The notes under the pieces are model-generated. The model did not search any database. It was not told the DNA's origin and worked only from the letters and a program-made list of their open reading frames with translations. This document shows positions 57,824 through 64,000 of a stretch of 64,000 bases of DNA, piece by piece. Location of the stretch: positions 1,332 through 65,331 of the forward strand of contig CAYMHI010000003.1 of assembly GCA_964390265.1 (NCBI GenBank), in the 5' to 3' direction. The translations under genes and the position numbers were made by a program. The DNA is from an uncultured Candidatus Saccharibacteria bacterium (lineage in GTDB: Bacteria; Patescibacteriota; Saccharimonadia; CAILAD01; BJGX01). How positions within the stretch are numbered: position 1 is the stretch's first letter; each line of letters opens with the position of its first letter.

Positions 57824-59252
57824 CTACCAACTCCCCACCAAGTATTGCCATGGCAGAATTTACCAATTCGGTATCTTCTTTGGCCGGCTGAGTATTATCT
57901 TGTACCAATCGACACTTGAGCCCAATAGGCTGATTACAGGTTCGGCTCATCACTTTCTCAACTATCTCGCGATTACGATGCTCTTCTATTCTCTCTTTGT
58001 GAAAATTAAACCGGCAATCTACTACCAAATTAGTACCTTCTATATGGGCATTGCCAGATCTAAGCAGAGCGTATAACGAGTTGTTATGCTCTTTTATTAT
58101 GCTAAGGCCCTTAGCACAACGGCTGGTCAAATCTTTACCAACTTGGGTGGTTTTGACATTATCTCGTGCGTCTACCTTGTCTGCCTTAACTACTGAGGCC
58201 CTTGAAGTAGCGTTTGTAGTATTGATAGTTTTGTATGGATCTGGCTGAGTAGTGGGTTGGCTGTTCTCTTTACCTATGGCTAATTTTGCCACAGCAATTT
58301 CTAGGGGTAGGCTTCTATGGTTACTATACTTAAAACGCTGATCAGCCTGCGCAAAAAACTCTAGAGCCAAAATTACAAACTCGGTGTTAAATTCTTCATT
58401 AGTGTTAGTACTGGTTAATAAAGTACGCAAATATCTTTGCAGTTGCGCATTAAACGCCGAGGGTTCTACACCAAGACTTAGTAGCTCTGTAGTTATTTCA
58501 AGGGCCTTGTCCGATTTACCCTTGGCTGCCGCCTCTAATAATGCTTTGATTTGCTTGCTACTAGCCAAGCCCATTCTGGCGCTCACTACTTCAGCATTGA
58601 GTGTGTCATTATAAACCGACATTTGATCTAACAGGCTTATTGCGTCGCGCATTCCACCTTCACTAAGCTCAGCAATAGCACGCAAGCCGTCATCGGTAGC
58701 GTTTATTTTCTCAGCTTTGGCAATTCTACGCAGATGATCAATAATTATCTCATCTGAAAATGGTCTAAAATCAAATCGCTGAGTTCGTGAAATAATAGTG
58801 TCGGGCAATTTATGGGCTTCGGTAGTGGCTAGAATAAATAAGGCGTGAGCTGGTGGTTCTTCGAGGGTTTTTAGTAGTGCATTAAAAGCCTCCTTGGTAA
58901 GCATATGTGCTTCGTCAATAATGTACACCTTGTATTTAAGTTGAGTGGGACTAGAGTTTATTTTATCGCGTAGTGAACGTATCTCATCAATGCCGCGATT
59001 GCTGGCAGCATCTATCTCTATAATATCTAACTGGCTAGCAGTATCTTCGTCTGCGCTCAATCCGTTGGCTCGGCGAGCTAATATGCGCGCTACACTGGTT
59101 TTACCCACGCCGCGTGGGCCAGTAAATAAGTAAGCGTGCGAAATCTGACCATTTTTTAAACCCATCTCTAGGGTTTTGGTGATATGGTCTTGGCCCACAA
59201 CATCGGTCAAATCTGCCGAACGATATTTACGATATAGCGCTAAACGCGACAC
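57816..59252 (-). CDS. dnaX: DNA polymerase III gamma/tau
   Basis: ALYRKYR, GPRGVGKT, DAASN, DEAH, NALLKTLEEPP, GGMRDA. Confidence 0.97.
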   Translation of the reverse strand: MSRLALYRKYRSADLTDVVGQDHITKTLEMGLKNGQISHAYLFTGPRGVGKTSVARILARRANGLSADEDTASQLDIIEIDAASNRGIDEIRSLRDKINSSPTQLKYKVYIIDEAHMLTKEAFNALLKTLEEPPAHALFILATTEAHKLPDTIISRTQRFDFRPFSDEIIIDHLRRIAKAEKINATDDGLRAIAELSEGGMRDAISLLDQMSVYNDTLNAEVVSARMGLASSKQIKALLEAAAKGKSDKALEITTELLSLGVEPSAFNAQLQRYLRTLLTSTNTNEEFNTEFVILALEFFAQADQRFKYSNHRSLPLEIAVAKLAIGKENSQPTTQPDPYKTINTTNATSRASVVKADKVDARDNVKTTQVGKDLTSRCAKGLSIIKEHNNSLYALLRSGNAHIEGTNLVVDCRFNFHKERIEEHRNREIVEKVMSRTCNQPIGLKCRLVQDNTQPAKEDTELVNSAMAILGGELVDG

Positions 59253-59312
59253 CTTTTGCTCCCTCCATTACTATTATGTATCTACCAATTATACACCAAA
59301 ACCACCCCTCTC

Positions 59313-59338
59313 TGTCATTCTGAACTTGTTTCAGAATC
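59313..59338. repeat. REP-like small palindrome
   Basis: TGTC-ATTCTGAA-cttgt-TTCAGAAT-C; single copy in the window. Confidence 0.5.
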
Positions 59339-59464
59339 AATACGTCATTGATAAAAGAGCCAGTAACAATAGATTACAATAAAAAAGTTGAGGTTTTATT
59401 ACGAAGGTGAAGTATAGAACGAAAATGATCATTTTTTTGATGTATAGTCGGGAATCGTAATAGA

Positions 59465-59580
59465 GAGTTTGATTGAGAAATAAAGTGCAAGACGTAAGCG
59501 AGAATCGAAACGAGATGTACTTAGAGTACATTGAGCAAGAATCGCAGCGACAACGCAGCAATTTGTTCTCAATTAAGCTC
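59465..59580. mobile_element. ~116-bp palindromic element (RPE/MITE-like)
   Basis: GAGTTTGATTGAGAA/TTCTCAATTAAGCTC ends and a central ATGTAC..GTACAT hairpin. Confidence 0.5.
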
Positions 59581-59587
59581 GAAAAGT

Positions 59588-60160
59588 CTAAGCGCCTATT
59601 ACTGCCTCAATAGCGGCCCAATTAGCCTCGCCGTGAGCAGGAATAACTACCGTTACTTCATCGCCTGGTTGGGCTTTGAAATACGTAACACTAGCATAAA
59701 GTACTCGAAAATGGTTGTCGCCAACTTGAGCAATATATTGGCCGTTTTCTAGCCCTAGTTTGGCTATTAATTTTTTTCGTTCAATTGGTCCAATTTGTTT
59801 GTATATAAATGACCCGTCAGTCGCAATAGTAAGCTTGAGGGTGTCGCCCTCTACCAACTTAGATTTGCTAGCGTAGTTGGCTGGCACTGGGTAAGTATTG
59901 CCATCGGGACCAATCATATTTTGACCATCAAAATGGCCTTCTATGATTTTGCCAGTTGGCTCGCTAGCACTCGATGTTTGATCACTTTGAAGTGGAACGC
60001 TCACCAAGGGTTTAGGTGCTTGGTCGGTTGGTTTGGGCAAGTCTTTACCGCTTAGACCCATTTTTTTCAATAACTGTTCGGCTTGCTTTAAACTTTGTTC
60101 TGCAGCATGCATTTGATTAGAGAGTTCTTGTAGCTCTAATTGTTTGTCTTTATTACTCAT
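59588..60160 (-). CDS. Conserved hypothetical protein
   Basis: N-terminal helix, Pro-rich linker, EGHFDGQNM..DG..YPVPANYASKSKLVEGD, YKQIGP; family recalled from CPR genomes. Confidence 0.7.
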   Translation of the reverse strand: MSNKDKQLELQELSNQMHAAEQSLKQAEQLLKKMGLSGKDLPKPTDQAPKPLVSVPLQSDQTSSASEPTGKIIEGHFDGQNMIGPDGNTYPVPANYASKSKLVEGDTLKLTIATDGSFIYKQIGPIERKKLIAKLGLENGQYIAQVGDNHFRVLYASVTYFKAQPGDEVTVVIPAHGEANWAAIEAVIGA

Positions 60161-60251
60161 TTTTTACCTCTTTTGATTTTAGCTCTTTTCTTTCACAGTT
60201 ATTGTACCAAATAGTTGTACAATTACCAAATAATATTGGTTTATAAGGGTA

Positions 60252-60941
60252 CTAGTTCGCAATATTATATTTCAAATGTAGGTATGAGTCTTTAAGAATA
60301 TCAGCAGAAATGAGCTGCAATGATTGTATTTTTTTTAAATCTTCAACATCATTAAGAGATTCTCCGTCTATAAGAGTAGGTGTCGTACGACCACCAACTA
60401 TCATGGGTGCTACAACAATCGACAACTCATCAATAAGGCCAGCTCGTAATAGTACTGCATTCATTTCCCCGCCAGATTGAATCGTTAACCTATCAACCCC
60501 TTTTTGCTTCAATAACTGAAAAAGTTTGTTAAAATTAATCTTTTTTGGATATAAAATAATTTCCAAGTTTAAACTGCTAATCTGATTGGCTGGATGATTA
60601 GTGTTGGATGTAACAATATAAAGCTTACTTGTGTGATTTAAAAGATTTTGTACGCCCTGTTTTGTAAGATGCGGTTCGTTGTCTAAAATTATAAAGCTAA
60701 CTGGTGATTTTGGTATATTTGTCTTCGGTTTATTCCAGCCTACTTTTGCCATTACCTTGCCAGTATTTAATGAGTATAAGTCGGTTTGTTGCTCTAGATC
60801 ATAGTATTGTTGTAGCCCGCTTGAAACTGGCGGAATGTTTGGAATATCTTTATCAAAATCTCTATTGGGGCTGGCACCGGTAGAGATTTTACCATCTACC
60901 GACATTAACATGAATAGTGTAGCGTGAGGTCTATCTTTCAT
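60252..60941 (-). CDS. RibD C-terminal/DHFR-like reductase
   Basis: MSVDGKI, GG..N..L...LIDE.S..VAP...GG. Confidence 0.8.
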   Translation of the reverse strand: MKDRPHATLFMLMSVDGKISTGASPNRDFDKDIPNIPPVSSGLQQYYDLEQQTDLYSLNTGKVMAKVGWNKPKTNIPKSPVSFIILDNEPHLTKQGVQNLLNHTSKLYIVTSNTNHPANQISSLNLEIILYPKKINFNKLFQLLKQKGVDRLTIQSGGEMNAVLLRAGLIDELSIVVAPMIVGGRTTPTLIDGESLNDVEDLKKIQSLQLISADILKDSYLHLKYNIAN

Positions 60942-60955
60942 AATGCTAGTATAAC

Positions 60956-60981
60956 AAAAAAGACTCTTTCGAGTCTTTTTT
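60956..60981 (-). terminator. rplJL terminator
   Basis: A6-GACTC-tttc-GAGTC-T6. Confidence 0.85.
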
Positions 60982-60997
60982 GTATGAGAACAACAAC

Positions 60998-61531
60998 TTA
61001 CTGTAGTTCTACAGTAGCACCAGCTTCTTCAAGGGTTTTCTTAGCGGCTTCGGCTTCTTCGGCAGGTACGCCTTCTTTTACCATCTTTGGTGCGCTATCT
61101 ACTACGCCTTTTGATTCGGCAAGACCTAGGCCTGATATTTCTCGTACAGCCTTAATTACATCAATCTTTTTATCGCCTGCGGCGGTAAGCATAATGTTGT
61201 ATGAGCTTTTGGCTTCTTCAGCGGCTTCGGCTTCTCCGCCAGCGGCAGCACCACCGGCAGCAGCAACAGCTACTGGAGCAGCTGCGCTAACACCATAGTG
61301 GTCTTCAAGTACACTTACAAATTCTGACAGGTCTAGTACGCTTAGCTTGTCAATTTCATCAACAAGTGATTTAAATTTTGCAGGTACTTCTTTCTTTTCT
61401 TCGGCTGGCGAATCGGTTTTGTCTTCTTTCGCATCGGTTGACGGACTTTCAGTTTTTACTTCTGCAGCAGCAGCTTCTGGAGCTTTTGCTTCTTCCTTTA
61501 CTTCTTCTTGTTTTGCAGTTTCTTCTGCCAT
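60998..61531 (-). CDS. rplL: 50S ribosomal protein L7/L12 with acidic N-terminal extension
   Basis: [31 protein letters not shown]. Confidence 0.96.
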   Translation of the reverse strand: MAEETAKQEEVKEEAKAPEAAAAEVKTESPSTDAKEDKTDSPAEEKKEVPAKFKSLVDEIDKLSVLDLSEFVSVLEDHYGVSAAAPVAVAAAGGAAAGGEAEAAEEAKSSYNIMLTAAGDKKIDVIKAVREISGLGLAESKGVVDSAPKMVKEGVPAEEAEAAKKTLEEAGATVELQ

Positions 61532-61556
61532 AATATTTCTCCTTTAAATTAAGTTT

Positions 61557-62084
61557 TTAAGTTGTTTTTTGTTCTTGAATTGCTTTTAGGGCGTATACGA
61601 GTCCACTTAGGTTACCATTTAGTACTCTCACAAAACCACTAAGTGGTGCAGCAATAGTGCCAACGGTTTGAGCAAGTAATTGCTCTTTGGACGGTAGCTT
61701 GGCAAGCGCCATAATATCATCGCGGCTAAGTGCGTTTCCATCTTCGTCGATTCCGCCAACTATCTCTAATGCATCGTTAGTCTTGGCAAAATCAAATACG
61801 ATTTTGGCTGCGGCAACTTCGTCTTTAGAAAACGCAATACCTACGGGGCCAGCTAGCATAGTTGTGTCTTCAACATTGCGATTAGCGTTGTTTAGCGCAA
61901 TCTTCACTAGGCTGTTTTTTGCCACCGTAAATCGCGCATCGCTTTCTCTCAGGCTGGCACGCAGAGCCGATATAGCTGGCACATCCAGACCACGATAATC
62001 AGCCATAACAGCTAATTTGTTTGAATTAAAAGCATCGGTTAGATCTGCAACCGTCTGCTCTTTTTGATCACGGGTTTTGGCCAT
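61557..62084 (-). CDS. rplJ: 50S ribosomal protein L10
   Basis: DYRGL, VAKNSL, LAKLPS. Confidence 0.96.
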   Translation of the reverse strand: MAKTRDQKEQTVADLTDAFNSNKLAVMADYRGLDVPAISALRASLRESDARFTVAKNSLVKIALNNANRNVEDTTMLAGPVGIAFSKDEVAAAKIVFDFAKTNDALEIVGGIDEDGNALSRDDIMALAKLPSKEQLLAQTVGTIAAPLSGFVRVLNGNLSGLVYALKAIQEQKTT

Positions 62085-62127
62085 AAGTTACTTCCTCTCC
62101 TTTATTTAATGTGCGTGATTAACCAAC

Positions 62128-62224
62128 AAAAAAATCTTTGGAGATTCCAAAGATAGCTTTAAAAAGTATTTTTGCCTCGTGTAGCAAATTAAGTCTTAAT
62201 AAAATGACTGCTACAGTCTTTGGT
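62128..62224 (-). promoter_or_regulatory. L10 leader (autoregulatory RNA) with attenuator
   Basis: CCAAAGAC-TGTAGCAG...CTTAAT-TTGCTACA-CGAGG, then ATCTTTGGA/TCCAAAGAT and a T tract. Confidence 0.8.
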
Positions 62225-62267
62225 AATCGAGTAATATTGTATCAAAAAGTTATAGATTGGTCAAGCA

Positions 62268-63515
62268 CTAATAATACCAGTGTAGTGAGTTTACAATATC
62301 GACAACAGTCTTATTGGCTTTTGAGTTTTCTATCTCATTTGCCAGAATATTGCCGATTAACTCCCCCAAATCTTCAGCTTGCTGGGTGCTAATACCTCGC
62401 GAAGTCAATGCTGCCATGCCTAGACGCAAGCCACCCGGTCGCCAAGGCGACTTAGTATCGTTTGGTATGGCATTACGATTAGTTACAATACCCACTTCTT
62501 CAAGTTGAGTTTGTAGCTCTAAACTATCAATATCATCTGGCACTTTTGCCAGGCAAAGATGATTTTGAGTGGGTGACACCATCTCTACACCAGTTTTTAC
62601 TAGGCCGTTTTCAAGTGCCTTGGTATTGGCAATTACCTGCTTGGCATAATCTTCAAATGGCTTTTTATCGGGATACTCGTCATCACCCAGTACCTCTAGT
62701 AGACTCTGACCAACAGCAGCTATCTGATTTAGGTGTGGCCCTCCACTGGTGCCAGGAAAAATAGTTTTATTGATAGCTGGCATATATTCTTGTTTGGCAA
62801 AAATAAGTGCTGATCGAGGTCCACGTAAGGTTTTGTGGGTGGTAGTGGTTACGAAATCAGCCCCTTCGCCGTCTTTTTTGAATGGGCTATCATGCAGACC
62901 AGCCGCTACCAGACCAGCAATATGAGAAATATCTGCCATAACAAGCGAACCAGTATCGTGAGCCAGTTTACAAAGTTTGGCAAACTCATATTTTCGAGGG
63001 TAAGAGCTAAAACCGATTATCGTTAGTCGTGGCTTGTGCTCTTTGAGCTTGGCTACAAAATCGGCCTCGTCAATGCCGGAACCGTGTTTTCTACTTAGCA
63101 AACTATAGTTGGCATACTTAAAAAACTTTAACCAATTACTGGTAGCATGCATGTGACTTAAGTGCCCACCGCTGGCGAGATTAAGGCTCAAGACTGTATC
63201 GCCAGGTTCTAAAACTGTAAGATACACCGTAGCATTGGCTGGGCTACCAGATAGCGGCTGAACGTTTATGCCATACTCGCCAGTGCTGTCAAAAACCTCT
63301 AGAGCTTTTTGACAAACAAATTCTTCTAGCGTATCGGAATTTACGTTACCGCCATAATAACGTTTACCGGGGTACCCCTCGGCATACTTGTCGTTCCAAA
63401 GACTTCCTAACAACCCTAAGGTCTTGGGGCTAGGATAATTTTCAGCGGCAATAAGATTGAGGGTACTCTTTTGGCGTTCTGTTTCGGTTTGAGTGAGTTG
63501 AAAAATTCTATTCAT
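62268..63515 (-). CDS. glyA: Serine hydroxymethyltransferase
   Basis: LIAAEN, KYAEGYPGKRYYGG, GGHLSH, TTTHKTLRGPR. Confidence 0.96.
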   Translation of the reverse strand: MNRIFQLTQTETERQKSTLNLIAAENYPSPKTLGLLGSLWNDKYAEGYPGKRYYGGNVNSDTLEEFVCQKALEVFDSTGEYGINVQPLSGSPANATVYLTVLEPGDTVLSLNLASGGHLSHMHATSNWLKFFKYANYSLLSRKHGSGIDEADFVAKLKEHKPRLTIIGFSSYPRKYEFAKLCKLAHDTGSLVMADISHIAGLVAAGLHDSPFKKDGEGADFVTTTTHKTLRGPRSALIFAKQEYMPAINKTIFPGTSGGPHLNQIAAVGQSLLEVLGDDEYPDKKPFEDYAKQVIANTKALENGLVKTGVEMVSPTQNHLCLAKVPDDIDSLELQTQLEEVGIVTNRNAIPNDTKSPWRPGGLRLGMAALTSRGISTQQAEDLGELIGNILANEIENSKANKTVVDIVNSLHWYY

Positions 63516-63606
63516 TATTCAATTATACCACTTTGCAGATTGGTTAGTCTTGTAGTATTATCTAACAGACCTACAAAACAGGTGGACCTTTACAGAAAGA
63601 AGTGAT

Positions 63607-64000
63607 ATGTCAAAACTTGAGTACAAGCACGAACGCATAATGAATTCACAGTATCGAGTTATACTAGAATTCATTCTACGTAATGGCCAATGGACATCAA
63701 CTCGCCAGGGACCACGTACTAAGGTTTGTACTGGTATGCAAATGCGATTTGATCTACTAAACGATGGCTTTCCGCTCATTACAGAGCGAAAAATTGGATT
63801 TTGGCGAAAGCCAATAAACGAGCTTGGTGCAATGATTAATGGAGTGCGCACCGCCGAAGACTTCGCAGCCTGGGGTTGTGATTGGTGGGGCGACTGGGTT
63901 ACGGAAGAAAAATGCGCAAAGCGCGGGCTACAAACAGGCGATATTGGTCCAGCAAGCTATGGGGCAATGTTCCATGATTGGCCTGATGAAGCCGGCCAAA
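63607..64000 (+). CDS. thyA: Thymidylate synthase, 5' part (runs off the window; absent from the ORF track)
   Basis: Manual translation MSKLEYKHERIMNSQYRVILEFILRNG...MRFDL..GFPLITERKI..EL...WW.DW...GDIGP.SYG. Confidence 0.85.
   Translation, partial: MSKLEYKHERIMNSQYRVILEFILRNGQWTSTRQGPRTKVCTGMQMRFDLLNDGFPLITERKIGFWRKPINELGAMINGVRTAEDFAAWGCDWWGDWVTEEKCAKRGLQTGDIGPASYGAMFHDWPDEAGQ

Noticed and set aside
59465-59580. SRP RNA, often found upstream of dnaX
   Set aside because: Lacks the domain IV CAGG...GGAA...AGCAG motif on both strands.
291-63851. Many short antisense or overlapping ORFs in the track (e.g. 15998-16402, 46426-46806, 60924-61298, 63558-63851)
   Set aside because: Shadows of well-supported genes on the other strand or frame, with no RBS or motif support.
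1-64000. Recoded TGA (genetic code 25)
   Set aside because: Core genes are full length under code 11 and several end in TGA (scpA, der, topA).

Overview
64 kb of an AT-rich (~38-39% GC by eye) bacterial chromosome using the standard code (TGA is a stop). Gene content suggests Patescibacteria/CPR, possibly Saccharibacteria-like (inference): non-discriminating AspRS, dimeric GlyRS, a sigma4/HARE-HTH protein, a DUF87/VirD4-like ATPase, a reduced dcw cluster, GT-C glycosyltransferases and L7/L12 with an N-terminal extension. Genes run almost all on + up to ~20.9 kb and mostly on - after ~21.9 kb. They converge on a ~980 bp non-coding junction holding a palindromic dif-like site, one perfect DnaA box and predicted structured RNA. 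No transposase, integrase, rRNA or CRISPR array was seen; there is one tRNA-Gln. The main unexplained signal is a two-tier expression architecture. Many housekeeping genes look leaderless (-10 hexamer 6-8 nt before ATG). In contrast, dispersed stand-alone orphan genes each have a sigma70 promoter, a shared GYACCYA leader box usually 14-20 nt before the start, an SD and a terminator. A ~230-nt structured RNA with a near-consensus promoter (9578-9806, -) has a C-rich loop exactly complementary over 9 nt to a hairpin loop in the mraZ-rsmH spacer, and the dcw spacers carry unannotated small ORFs. All structure and motif calls were made by eye, without database searches.
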